Below, piece after piece: positions 9,506-18,968 of a stretch of DNA of 32,000 nucleotides (the stretch's first letter is position 1; each line of letters opens with the position of its first letter). Origin of the DNA: Candidatus Portiera aleyrodidarum. GTDB lineage: Bacteria; Pseudomonadota; Gammaproteobacteria; Johnevansiales; Johnevansiaceae. Where the stretch lies: contig NZ_LN649236.1 in NCBI RefSeq assembly GCF_000953395.1, forward strand, positions 1-32,000. Reading direction: 5' to 3'. Under the pieces are notes generated by a model. That model made no database searches. It was given only the letters and a program-made list of their open reading frames with translations, and was not told the DNA's origin. Made by a program: the position numbers and the translations under genes.

Positions 9506-11320
9506 TCAAAAATTATATTTATTTGGAAATTTTCCCTGCATTATTTTTTTTATTTGTTTAATATTTATTGTTTCATAATAAAATAAAGCTTCTGCCATTA
9601 ACTCCAGTTTATCAATATTTTTTTCAATTATTGAATAAGATTTTAAATAACAATCATCTATAATTTTTATTATTTCTTTATCTAATTTATCAAAAGTTTT
9701 TATAGAATTTAAAAATTTTTTATTATTAATTTGATTGTTTAATTTATATTCATCATACATTATTGGTCCCATTTCTGAAGAAAAACCCCATTTATATACC
9801 ATATTATGAGCTAGCTCTGTAGCACATTTTATATCATTGGATGCTCCTGTAGTAACTCCATTAACTCCTTGTGTTATCTCTTCAGCAATACGACCACCAA
9901 ATAAAGAACAAATTTTACTAATTAATTGTTTACGAGAATAACAATATCTATCTATTTTGGGTAAAAACATTGTAACACCTAATGCTTGTCCTCTTGGGAT
10001 AATAGTTACTTTATATATAGGATCATGTTCTGGTATTAATAAACCTATTATAGCATGTCCTGCCTCATGAAATGCTGTATTACGTTTTTCTTTTTCTGAC
10101 ATAAGCATAGAACGTCTTTCATTTCCCATAATAATTTTATCTTTTGCTTTTTCTAATTCATACATACTAACTAAATTTAATTTACGTTTGGCTGCTAAAA
10201 TTGCAGCTTCATTAACAATATTAGCTAATTCCGCTCCTGAACATCCAGGCGTTCCCATAGCAAGTATTTTAGGTTCTACATCATCAGATAAAGGAATTTT
10301 TCTTAAATGAATATTAAGTATATTTTCTCTACCTATAATATCTGGTAAATTTATATTAACTTTTCTATCAAACCTTCCAGGTCTTAATAATGCTTTATCT
10401 AATACATCATGACGATTAGTTGCTGCTATAACAATAGTACCATTGTTTGATTCAAAACCATCCATTTCAACTAATAATTGATTTAATGTTTGTTCTCTTT
10501 CATCATGACCTCCTCCACCTATACTTGACCCTCTTGTTCTACCTACAGCATCTATCTCATCTATAAAAATAATACATGGTGCTTGTTTTTTTGCTTGTAT
10601 AAACATATCTCTTACACGAGAAGCACCTACACCTACAAACATTTCTACAAATTCAGAACCAGAAATAGTAAAAAACGGTACTTTGGCTTCACCTGCTATA
10701 GCTTTAGCAAGTAAAGTTTTACCTGTACCAGGTGGTCCTATCATTAAAACTCCTTTAGGAATTTTTCCTCCTAATTTTTTAAATTTTTTTATATCTTTTA
10801 AAAAATCTACTAATTCTTCAACTTCCGATTTAGCTTCATCACAACCTGCAACATCTCTAAAAGTAATTTTTATTTGATCATTTGAAATTAATTTAGCTTT
10901 AGATTTACCAAAAATAATTGGTCCACCTTTTTTACCTCCAACATTAATTTGCATTTGTCGCATAAAAAATAATAAAACAGCTATTATAATTAATATTGGA
11001 AAACTAGATATTAATAATCTTGACCATATACTTGTTTTATTTTGTTCTCTTCCTTCTATAGAAACATTATGATTCAATAAATCATCTATTAAACTATTAT
11101 CTTCAATGTTTGGTCTAATTGTTTTAAAATTAGATCCATCTTTATGTTCCCCATTTATAAAATATCCATCAATAATAACATTACGTATTTTATTTTTATG
11201 TATTTGTTGTACAAATTTAGAATAACTTAATATTTTAGTATTAGAATCAATACTAATATTATTAAATATTGTCAATAAAATTGCTATTATAATTAACCAA
11301 TTAATTAGGTTTTTAGCCAT
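9506..11320 (-). CDS. ftsH: ATP-dependent zinc metalloprotease FtsH
   Basis: 604-aa ORF with an N-terminal TM segment, Walker A GPPGTGKT, Walker [13 protein letters not shown] region and zinc motif HEAGHA. Confidence 0.98.
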   Translation of the reverse strand: MAKNLINWLIIIAILLTIFNNISIDSNTKILSYSKFVQQIHKNKIRNVIIDGYFINGEHKDGSNFKTIRPNIEDNSLIDDLLNHNVSIEGREQNKTSIWSRLLISSFPILIIIAVLLFFMRQMQINVGGKKGGPIIFGKSKAKLISNDQIKITFRDVAGCDEAKSEVEELVDFLKDIKKFKKLGGKIPKGVLMIGPPGTGKTLLAKAIAGEAKVPFFTISGSEFVEMFVGVGASRVRDMFIQAKKQAPCIIFIDEIDAVGRTRGSSIGGGGHDEREQTLNQLLVEMDGFESNNGTIVIAATNRHDVLDKALLRPGRFDRKVNINLPDIIGRENILNIHLRKIPLSDDVEPKILAMGTPGCSGAELANIVNEAAILAAKRKLNLVSMYELEKAKDKIIMGNERRSMLMSEKEKRNTAFHEAGHAIIGLLIPEHDPIYKVTIIPRGQALGVTMFLPKIDRYCYSRKQLISKICSLFGGRIAEEITQGVNGVTTGASNDIKCATELAHNMVYKWGFSSEMGPIMYDEYKLNNQINNKKFLNSIKTFDKLDKEIIKIIDDCYLKSYSIIEKNIDKLELMAEALFYYETINIKQIKKIMQGKFPNKYNF

Positions 11321-11380
11321 ATCTTAAAATTAATACTTAATTTATTATTTACATTATTATGTTTATTATTTCTTTACATT

Positions 11381-11869
11381 TTATAAATGTTCAATTAAAT
11401 TAATTTCATATTTTACATTGCCTCCTGGTGTATTTACATTAACAATATCACCTTGTTTTTTCCCAATTAAAGCACGTGCTATTGGAGATGTAATAGAAAT
11501 TTTCTTTTGTTTTATATTTGCTTCATCTTCTCCTACAATTTTATATTTTATTTTTTTATTATAAATTAAATTTATTAGAGTAACTGTTACTCCAAATATT
11601 ATTTTACCATTTGGATATATTTTAGTTATATCAATAACTTGCGAATTAGCAATTTTATTTTCAAGTTCTTTAATACGTCTTTCTAAAAAACCTTGTTGTT
11701 CAATAGCTGCATGATATTCAGCATTTTCTTTTAAATCACCATGTTTTCTTGCTTCAGCAATATCATTAATAATTTTATTTCTATTAACAGTTTTTAATTT
11801 ATTAAGTTCTTTTTTTAAAAGTTTTTCACCTTCTTGAGTCATAGGTATTTTATTTGATGATACCATCAT
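11381..11869 (-). CDS. greA: Transcription elongation factor GreA
   Basis: 162-aa ORF. The stretch [24 protein letters not shown] is nearly identical to E. coli GreA. Start overlaps the carB stop (TAATG). Alternative ATG at 11866. Confidence 0.96.
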   Translation of the reverse strand: MMVSSNKIPMTQEGEKLLKKELNKLKTVNRNKIINDIAEARKHGDLKENAEYHAAIEQQGFLERRIKELENKIANSQVIDITKIYPNGKIIFGVTVTLINLIYNKKIKYKIVGEDEANIKQKKISITSPIARALIGKKQGDIVNVNTPGGNVKYEINLIEHL

Positions 11870-14800
11870 TAAATAACTCCTATATGCATATTTTGAATTT
11901 TTCTTACTTTATTTATTTTCTTACAATATTTTAAAGCCATACATATGGCATATGCACCTGCAATAGTAGTAGTATATGGTACTTTTTTTATAATCGCGGT
12001 ATTACGAATTATATAATTTTTATTTATTAAATTATTTTTTTTATTTATTGTATTTATTACATAATTTATTTTATATTTTTTAAAAATCAAACTAATATTT
12101 TTTTTACTAATACTTTTAACTAAAATACCATTTTTTAATATAATGTTAGCAGTACCAATAGTAGCCATTAAATTAAAACCTAAATTTCTTAAAATTTTTG
12201 CTATTTTTGAAATTTTATTTTTATCGTTTTTAGATACTGAAAGAAAAGCAATAAGTTGTTTCTTTTCTTTTATTTTTATAATAGGCATTCCTATACTTAA
12301 TTGTGATTTATAAAATGCTTCACTAAAATTACTACCTATACCCATTACTTCACCTGTAGATTTCATTTCAGGTGATAATACAGGATCTACACCTATAAAT
12401 TTATTAAAAGGTAATACAGCTTCTTTTACACCATAAAATTTCGGTTTTATATTTTTTAATATTTTTTTATAATTTAAAGATTTACCTATCATACAATTTG
12501 CAGCTATTTTAGCTAAAGAAAAACCTATACATTTTGAAACAAAAGGTATAGTACGTGAAGCTCTAGGATTTACTTCTAAAATATAAATTTTATTATTTTT
12601 ACAAGCTAATTGACAATTCATTAATCCTACAATTTTTAATTCAATAGCTATTTTTTTTATTTGTTTTTTTATTTCATTTTGAATTTTTATATCTAAATAA
12701 AAAGGTGGTAATGAACAAGCCGAATCTCCTGAATGTATACCTGCTTGCTCTATATGTTGCATAATTCCACAAATTATAACTTCTTTACCATCTGATAAAG
12801 CATCAATATCAATTTCTATTGCTTTATTTATATATTTATCTAATAAAATCGAATTTTTTTTTGATAATTTAAAAGCTTTTTTTATATATTTTTCTAATTC
12901 TTTTACATTATAAACAATTTCCATTGCTCTACCTCCTATAACATAAGAAGGACGAACAATTAAAGGATAGCCTATATTTTTAGCTTTAATTAAAGCATCT
13001 TCTAAAGTAAAAGCAATTTCATTGTCAGGTTGTAATAATTTAATTTTTTTAATTAATTTTTTAAATTTTTCTCTATCTTCAGCTATATCTATAGCTAATT
13101 TATTAGTTCCAATAATAGGTATCTCTTGATTCTTTATATTTTTTATTATTTTTAAAGGTGTTTGACCACCAAACTGAATAATAACTCCTTTCGGATTTTC
13201 TTTTCTTATAATTTCTAATATATCTTCTAAAGTTATAGGTTCAAAATACAATCTATCACTCATATCATAATCAGTAGAAACGGTTTCAGGATTACAATTA
13301 ATCATTATTGTTTCATAACCATTTTCACGCATAGCCATTGCTGCATGTACACAACAATAATCAAATTCAATACCTTGTCCTATTCTATTAGGGCCACTAC
13401 CTATTATAATAATTTTCTCCGAAGTAGTTTTAAGATTAGATTCACATTCATTATCATAAGTAGAATACATATAAGCAGTTGAAGTAGTAAATTCGGCTGA
13501 ACAAGTATCAACTCTTTTATATACTGGATGTATATTTAAGTTTGTACGTAAATCTCTAATGTTTTTTTCTTTAACCTTTAATAAGTTAGCAATTCTATTA
13601 TCACTAAAACCTTGTTTTTTTAATAAATATAAATTTTCATAATTAATATTCTTTATATTTTTATTTAAAAAAATATTTTCTATATTTATTAATTCTTTTA
13701 TTTGGCTTAAAAACCAAATATCTATTTTTGTATAATTAAAAATTTCTTGGATTGTTAATCCTACTCTAAAAGCATCAGCAATATAAAAAATACGTGCATA
13801 ACCTGGATTAATTAATTCTTTTTTTATTATATTTAAAGAATTTTGATTAAAAGTTAATATTTTATTATCTAAACCATTAATACCTATATCTAAACTCCGT
13901 AAGGCTTTTTGTAATGATTCTTTAAAACTTCTTCCTATAGCCATTACTTCACCTACAGATTTCATTTCTGTTGTTAATCTATCATTAGCTTTAGGAAATT
14001 TTTCAAAATTAAAAATAGGTATTTTAGTAACTACATAATCTATAGATGGTTCAAAAGAAGCAGGTATTTTACCTTGTGTTATATCATTTTTTAATTCATC
14101 TAAAGTATAACCTATTGCTAATTTAGCAGCTATTTTAGCTATAGGAAAACCTGTAGCTTTAGATGCTAAAGCTGATGATCTAGAAACTCTAGGATTCATT
14201 TCAATTACTACCATTTTTCCAGTTTTTGGATTAATACCAAATTGTACATTAGATCCTCCACTATCTATTCCAATTTCTTTTAATACAGTAATAGAAGCAT
14301 TCCGCATTATTTGATATTCTTTATCAGTTAAAGTTTGTGCAGGTGCTACTGTAATTGAATCCCCTGTATGAATACCCATTGTATCCAAATTTTCTATTGA
14401 ACATATTATAATACAATTACCTTTTTTATCACGTAATAACTCCATTTCATATTCTTTCCAACCAATTAAATATTCATCTATTAATAATTCTTTTGTAGGA
14501 GCTATATTTAACCCTCTTATACAAATTTTTTTTAATTCTTCCAAATTATTTGCTATACCTCCACCAAACCCTCCCATAGTATAAGAAGGACGTATAATGC
14601 AAGGAAAACCTATTTTAGTTTTTATTTCATATATATCTTTTATATATCTAATGATTACCGATTTAGGACTTTCAAGGCCAATATTATTCATTAACTTAAT
14701 AAATTTATTACGATTTTCAGCTTTTTTTATAGTAGATATATTAACACCAATAAGTTTTACATTAAATTTTTTTAATACACCATATTTATATAAATCTAAT

Positions 14801-15096
14801 GCACAATTTAAAGCTGTTTGTCCTCCCATTGTTGGTAATAATGCATCTGGTCTTTCTTTTTCAATAATTTTAGATAAAATTTCCCAAGTTATTGGCTCAA
14901 TATATGTTGAATTAGCTATCTGCGGATCTGTCATAATTGTAGCTGGATTTGAATTAACTAATATAACATATATACCTTCTTCTCTTAAAGCTTTACATGC
15001 TTGTACACCAGAATAATCAAATTCACATGCTTGACCAATAATAATAGGTCCTGAGCCAATAATTAATACTTTTTTTATATATGTATATTTTGGCAT
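11869..15096 (-). CDS. carB: Carbamoyl-phosphate synthase large subunit
   Basis: 1075-aa ORF (E. coli CarB is 1073 aa) with duplicated ATP-grasp halves ([23 protein letters not shown] and [15 protein letters not shown]). Lies downstream of carA. Confidence 0.98.
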   Translation of the reverse strand: MPKYTYIKKVLIIGSGPIIIGQACEFDYSGVQACKALREEGIYVILVNSNPATIMTDPQIANSTYIEPITWEILSKIIEKERPDALLPTMGGQTALNCALDLYKYGVLKKFNVKLIGVNISTIKKAENRNKFIKLMNNIGLESPKSVIIRYIKDIYEIKTKIGFPCIIRPSYTMGGFGGGIANNLEELKKICIRGLNIAPTKELLIDEYLIGWKEYEMELLRDKKGNCIIICSIENLDTMGIHTGDSITVAPAQTLTDKEYQIMRNASITVLKEIGIDSGGSNVQFGINPKTGKMVVIEMNPRVSRSSALASKATGFPIAKIAAKLAIGYTLDELKNDITQGKIPASFEPSIDYVVTKIPIFNFEKFPKANDRLTTEMKSVGEVMAIGRSFKESLQKALRSLDIGINGLDNKILTFNQNSLNIIKKELINPGYARIFYIADAFRVGLTIQEIFNYTKIDIWFLSQIKELINIENIFLNKNIKNINYENLYLLKKQGFSDNRIANLLKVKEKNIRDLRTNLNIHPVYKRVDTCSAEFTTSTAYMYSTYDNECESNLKTTSEKIIIIGSGPNRIGQGIEFDYCCVHAAMAMRENGYETIMINCNPETVSTDYDMSDRLYFEPITLEDILEIIRKENPKGVIIQFGGQTPLKIIKNIKNQEIPIIGTNKLAIDIAEDREKFKKLIKKIKLLQPDNEIAFTLEDALIKAKNIGYPLIVRPSYVIGGRAMEIVYNVKELEKYIKKAFKLSKKNSILLDKYINKAIEIDIDALSDGKEVIICGIMQHIEQAGIHSGDSACSLPPFYLDIKIQNEIKKQIKKIAIELKIVGLMNCQLACKNNKIYILEVNPRASRTIPFVSKCIGFSLAKIAANCMIGKSLNYKKILKNIKPKFYGVKEAVLPFNKFIGVDPVLSPEMKSTGEVMGIGSNFSEAFYKSQLSIGMPIIKIKEKKQLIAFLSVSKNDKNKISKIAKILRNLGFNLMATIGTANIILKNGILVKSISKKNISLIFKKYKINYVINTINKKNNLINKNYIIRNTAIIKKVPYTTTIAGAYAICMALKYCKKINKVRKIQNMHIGVI

Positions 15097-15115
15097 ATAA
15101 ATTCCATTAAATAAT

Positions 15116-16204
15116 TTATTTTTTTAATTTTTTTATAAACCGATAAAATAATAAATATGCATCATGTGGTCCAGGACTTGATTCAGGATGTCCTTGAAAA
15201 CTTAAAGCAGGACAATCTATTCTTTCAATTCCTTGTAAAGTGCCATCAAATAAAGATCTATGAGTAATTTTAAGATTTTTTGGTAACTTATACTCATCAA
15301 CAACAAAACAATGATTTTGACTAGTAATAAAAATTTTACCGGTTTTTATATCTAATATTGGATGATTTGAACCATGATGACCAAAATTCATTTTAAGTGT
15401 TTTTGCCCCACTAGCTAAAGCTAATAATTGATGTCCTAAACAAATACCAAATAAAGGAATTTTATTTGTACACAATTTTTTTATAGTATATATAGAACAT
15501 TTATAATCTTCAGGATTACCTGGTCCATTAGATAATACAACTCCATCTGGGTTCATGGAAATAATTTCTTTAAATGAAGTTTTATATGAAACTATTGTAA
15601 TACGACATCCTAATTTTTTTAATATTCTTATTATATTATATTTAGTACCAAAATCATAAACAATAATATGATATTTATATTTTTTATAATTATACTTTTT
15701 TTTATTATAATATTGTATATTCGAAATATTTTTTAACTTGATATTTTTCCGTGCTAAGTTTATCGCTAATTTAATATTATTATTATTTATATTATTAACA
15801 GTTATAATAGCACCCTTTTTTATACCTTTATCTCTTAATTTTATAGTTAATTTTCGTGTATCAATATTTGCTATACAAACAATATTTTGATTGTTTAAAT
15901 ATTCTAGTAATGAACAATTACTACGATAATTACTAATTAATACACTAGGTATACAATTTAATATTAAACCAGATACACAAATTTTTTTATATTCTATATC
16001 TTCGTTATTAATACCTGTATTTCCTATATGAGGATTAGTAAAAGTTACTATTTGTTTAATATAAGAAGGATCAGTTATAATTTCTTGATATCCTGTAATT
16101 GAAGTATTAAAAATTACTTCACCTGAAGTATTACCATAATATCCTATAGAAATACCTTTATAAATACTCCCATCTTCTAATGCTAATAATGCTAATTTAT
16201 ACAA
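15116..16204 (-). CDS. carA: Carbamoyl-phosphate synthase small (glutaminase) subunit
   Basis: Glutamine amidotransferase motifs (GICLGHQ, HGSNHP). The N-terminus [14 protein letters not shown]...[21 protein letters not shown] is collinear with E. coli and Pseudomonas CarA. The stop at 15116 is firm. The start is ambiguous: I favour TTG at 16204, which gives exact length collinearity and has AAGAGG 9 nt upstream. ATG alternatives are at 16228 and at 16249 (longest ORF). Confidence 0.95.
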   Translation of the reverse strand: MYKLALLALEDGSIYKGISIGYYGNTSGEVIFNTSITGYQEIITDPSYIKQIVTFTNPHIGNTGINNEDIEYKKICVSGLILNCIPSVLISNYRSNCSLLEYLNNQNIVCIANIDTRKLTIKLRDKGIKKGAIITVNNINNNNIKLAINLARKNIKLKNISNIQYYNKKKYNYKKYKYHIIVYDFGTKYNIIRILKKLGCRITIVSYKTSFKEIISMNPDGVVLSNGPGNPEDYKCSIYTIKKLCTNKIPLFGICLGHQLLALASGAKTLKMNFGHHGSNHPILDIKTGKIFITSQNHCFVVDEYKLPKNLKITHRSLFDGTLQGIERIDCPALSFQGHPESSPGPHDAYLLFYRFIKKLKK

Positions 16205-17009
16205 AATTATTTTCCTCTTTAAGTACATCTTGCATATTATAAAAACCATTATTTTTATTTTTTATCCATTTTGCTGCAATTAATGCTCCATAAGCAAATA
16301 CTAATCTATTAGTTACTTTATGCTTAAGTTCTATTATTTCACCTGATTTTGAAGCAAAAATTATTTTATGTTCTCCTATTATATCTCCTGCTCTAATAAT
16401 GGAATATCCTATTGTATTTTTAATACGTGGACCTGTTTTATTTAAAACTTTAATAGTATTTAATTTATATCCTATAATCTTAGCTATTTTTTTTCCTATA
16501 TTTAAGGCTGTACCAGAAGGATAATCAATTTTCTTACTATGATGATATTCAATAATTTCTATATCAAAATCTTTTATTATTAATTTTTTTGTAATACTAA
16601 TAATTATATCTAATATAACATTAGCACCTATACTCATATTAGCCGACAATACAAATGGTACTTTATTTTTAAATAATTTTATTTTTTTTAATTGGTTTTT
16701 GTTAAATCCTGTTGTACCAATAATTATTGATTTTTTATTTTTATAACAATATTCTAAATTTTTTAAACTTATTTTTGGATTAGTAAAATCTATTATTGTA
16801 TCAAAATTATTTTTTATATCTTTGATATTTCCAACTGTTTTTATATTTAATTTACCTAAACCTATTATTTCTCCAATATCTTTTCCAATTAATTTATTAT
16901 TTGGATTTATTACAGCACCTACTAATTTTAGGTTTTTATCTTTTTTTATAGTTTTAATTAATAATTTTCCAATACGACCAATAGACCCTAAAATAATTAT
17001 TTTTATCAT
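16197..17009 (-). CDS. dapB: 4-hydroxy-tetrahydrodipicolinate reductase
   Basis: 270-aa ORF collinear with E. coli DapB (GxxGRxG N-terminus as GSIGRIG, IIGTTGF, EIIEYHHSKKIDYPSGTA, IRAGDIIGEH). Lies upstream of carAB. Confidence 0.96.
   Translation of the reverse strand: MIKIIILGSIGRIGKLLIKTIKKDKNLKLVGAVINPNNKLIGKDIGEIIGLGKLNIKTVGNIKDIKNNFDTIIDFTNPKISLKNLEYCYKNKKSIIIGTTGFNKNQLKKIKLFKNKVPFVLSANMSIGANVILDIIISITKKLIIKDFDIEIIEYHHSKKIDYPSGTALNIGKKIAKIIGYKLNTIKVLNKTGPRIKNTIGYSIIRAGDIIGEHKIIFASKSGEIIELKHKVTNRLVFAYGALIAAKWIKNKNNGFYNMQDVLKEENNFV
16214..16219 (-). promoter_or_regulatory. Candidate Shine-Dalgarno (AAGAGG) for the carA TTG start, embedded in the dapB 3' end
   Basis: The minus-strand sequence reads ...AAGAGGAAAATAATTTTGTATAAA..., with AAGAGG 9 nt upstream of TTG. 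Purine-rich hexamers are rare in this sequence, but this is a by-eye call. Confidence 0.35.
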
Positions 17010-17058
17010 AAATTTTATTTTTCCCTTATTTTTTTAATTATATAATATAATTATATTT

Positions 17059-17640
17059 TTAATAACCTACTAAAATAGATGATGGTAATGAAGCCAAATT
17101 TATTAATGGACAAATAATTATATTATCTATTAAATTTATAATTATAAAAGCCGCTATAGGTGAAATATCTATTATGCCTATATGAGGAATAAGTTTTCTT
17201 AATAATAACATTATAGGTTCTGTTATTTGTATTATTAATAATAATCCTGGATGATCTGAGTTATTTAATATCCAACTAATAATAGTCATTATTATTAATG
17301 CAAAAAAATATAATCTAATTAATATATTTAATACACTAGCTATAGAACCAATAAATACATTTATTATTGGTGGGATATTATTAATATATATTAAATATAT
17401 TATCGATATAGAAAAGGTTTTAATAAATATTGCTGATATAAATGTTGCTAAATCAAAACCACCAATAGATTTAATAAAATTTTTTACTGGATTAACAATA
17501 AAAGATGTAAATTTTATTATGTTTTGTGTAATAGGATTATTTTTATCTGCATAAGAAATATTTAAAGCAAAACGTAACATTAACATAAATGTATATAAAT
17601 TAAATAATGTATTAATTAACGATAAACCAATATTTTCCAT
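17059..17640 (-). CDS. yggT: YggT-family integral membrane protein (two YGGT repeats)
   Basis: 193-aa hydrophobic ORF, collinear with E. coli YggT (188 aa). The first repeat resembles LY..MLMLRF...........NP....I.K.T..IV.P.. and the second resembles IMTIISW............I.EP...LLRKLIP..G.IDISP. Confidence 0.8.
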   Translation of the reverse strand: MENIGLSLINTLFNLYTFMLMLRFALNISYADKNNPITQNIIKFTSFIVNPVKNFIKSIGGFDLATFISAIFIKTFSISIIYLIYINNIPPIINVFIGSIASVLNILIRLYFFALIIMTIISWILNNSDHPGLLLIIQITEPIMLLLRKLIPHIGIIDISPIAAFIIINLIDNIIICPLINLASLPSSILVGY

Positions 17641-17703
17641 ATATTTTATACTCCAATAATAAAAAATAATGATAAATATAATTGAAATTATAAATAAAAA
17701 ATA

Positions 17704-18897
17704 ATGAATATGAATAATAGAAAAAATATTTTTGAAAAAATAAAATTAAATACAAAAAAAATTTTAATTGAAAAACAATTAACAAAAAAAATCCAATCTA
17801 AAAAAATATTAAATATAAAAATAGGTATCGATCCTACTACTCCTAATTTACATTTAGGTCATTTTGTTTTAATCAACAAATTAAAACAATTACAAGATTT
17901 AGGTCATAATATATTATTTATTATAGGAGATTTTACTGGAATCATAGGTGATCCTACAGGAAAAAATATAACGAGAAAAATTTTAACAAAAGAACAAATC
18001 CAAATCAACGCTATAAAATGTCAACATCAAATTTTGAAATTATTAAATCCTAAAAAACTAAAAATTTTATTTAATTCCGAATGGTTAAAAAAAATTTCTA
18101 TATTTAAAATTCTTAATATTTTATCCAACTTTACAATATCTAAAATGTTAGAAAGAAAAGATTTTTATAAAAGATATAAAAATGGTTATAGTATTTCAAT
18201 ACATGAATTTATATATCCTTTAATCCAAGCTTATGATTCAGTAGTACTTAAAGCAGATATAGAATTAGGAGGTAATGATCAATTATTTAATCTTTTAATA
18301 GGAAGAGAATTACAAAAAACTTTTAATCAAGAACCTCAAAATATAATTACTATGCCTATTCTTGAAGGATCTGATGGTAAAAACAAAATGTCAAAATCTC
18401 TTAATAATTATATTAATATAAAAGATAAACCAGGAGATATTTATAGAAAACTTATTTCTATCAATGATAGTTTAATATATAAATATTTTAAATTATTATC
18501 CATAAAACCTATAAATAAACCTATAAATAAACTTATAAAATTAACTCCACGTGAAATTAAAATTAAATTAGCTACTGAATTAATAACATATTTTTATAAT
18601 AAAACTATAGCCAAACAAGCATCAAGTTTAATAGGAAATAAAGTAAAGTTCTTTCCTATCAATATTCCTAAAATTCAAATTATTATAAATAATTTTATAA
18701 CAGTTCCTATAATATATATATTAAATAAATCAGGATTAGTAAAAAATAATTCACAAGCAAAAGACTTATTAAAAAATAAAAAAATTAAAATTAATAATAT
18801 ATTGATTAATTATAATTATAAATTAATTTTTAATAAAAATTATTTTATACAAGCAGGAAATACAACTTTTGCTATAATACATTTATTGGGGCCATAG
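17704..18897 (+). CDS. tyrS: Tyrosine--tRNA ligase (type 2, TyrZ-like)
   Basis: 397-aa ORF with class I motifs HLGH (PNLHLGHF) and KMSKS, GDFTGIIGDPTGK typical of type-2 TyrS, and a C-terminal S4-like domain. Alternative ATG at 17710. The last 10 nt overlap tRNA-Ala. Confidence 0.93.
   Translation: MNMNNRKNIFEKIKLNTKKILIEKQLTKKIQSKKILNIKIGIDPTTPNLHLGHFVLINKLKQLQDLGHNILFIIGDFTGIIGDPTGKNITRKILTKEQIQINAIKCQHQILKLLNPKKLKILFNSEWLKKISIFKILNILSNFTISKMLERKDFYKRYKNGYSISIHEFIYPLIQAYDSVVLKADIELGGNDQLFNLLIGRELQKTFNQEPQNIITMPILEGSDGKNKMSKSLNNYINIKDKPGDIYRKLISINDSLIYKYFKLLSIKPINKPINKLIKLTPREIKIKLATELITYFYNKTIAKQASSLIGNKVKFFPINIPKIQIIINNFITVPIIYILNKSGLVKNNSQAKDLLKNKKIKINNILINYNYKLIFNKNYFIQAGNTTFAIIHLLGP
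18508..18543 (+). repeat. In-frame 12-bp tandem duplication (CCTATAAATAAA x2 plus a degenerate third copy) encoding KPINKPINKLIK in tyrS
   Basis: Read directly: cctataaataaa at 18508-18519 and 18520-18531, followed by cttataaaatta. Confidence 0.8.
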
Positions 18898-18960
18898 TTC
18901 AATTGGTAGAACACCTGCTTTGCATGTAGGAAATTAGGAGTTCAAATCTCCTTGGCTCCA
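18888..18960 (+). tRNA. tRNA-Ala (anticodon UGC), CCA not encoded
   Basis: GGGGCCATAGTTCAATTGGTAGAACACCTGCTTTGCATGTAGGAAATTAGGAGTTCAAATCTCCTTGGCTCCA is 73 nt and folds by hand into a cloverleaf: acceptor GGGGCCA/TGGCTCC with the G3:U70 alanine identity pair, anticodon loop TTTGCAT, T arm AGGAG-TTCAAAT-CTCCT, discriminator A. It is followed by TTA, not CCA. Confidence 0.92.
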
Positions 18961-18968
18961 TTATGGTA

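Noticed and set aside
9188-9586. 132-aa ORF on the + strand in the ftsH-nusA interval
   Set aside because: Its first 130 nt run antisense through the two clearly folded tRNA genes (fMet, Leu). The rest is low-complexity AT-rich spacer and the antisense of the ftsH 3' end. It has no recognisable motif and is an artefact.
14597-15016. 139-aa antisense ORF within carB, plus the other antisense ORFs in the track (2414-2743, 6490-6684, 8434-8694, 10683-10877, 16822-17037, 19732-20052, 20294-20578, 21415-21681, 22351-22563, 23863-24045, 28799-29017, 30329-30580, 31293-31691)
   Set aside because: Each lies wholly inside, or mostly inside, a strongly conserved gene on the opposite strand. Each has a low-complexity hydrophobic composition typical of shadow frames and no recognisable domain. 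The better-conserved, slightly more GC-rich parts of real genes simply lack antisense stops.
16205-16249. N-terminal extension of carA (MVFIICKMYLKRKII), or a possible dapB-carA fusion or overlap gene
   Set aside because: The extension has no homology to CarA N-termini and lies in the dapB coding region in another frame. A TTG start with an SD motif explains the data better (see finding).
17030-17058. AT-only palindromic stretch (ATTATATAAT and flanks) at the putative inversion breakpoint after dapB
   Set aside because: It is short, consists only of A/T, and I saw no matching inverted copy at the other breakpoint (2940-2975). It is indistinguishable from background.
17641-17703. Divergent yggT/tyrS spacer containing TATAAT (17677-17682); also the map/rpsB spacer 21961-22045 with TTGATA and TATAAT hexamers, as possible promoters
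   Set aside because: In DNA this AT-rich, -10-like hexamers occur by chance everywhere. I found no properly spaced -35/-10 pair. Promoters very likely exist in these two divergent spacers, but I cannot place them from sequence alone.
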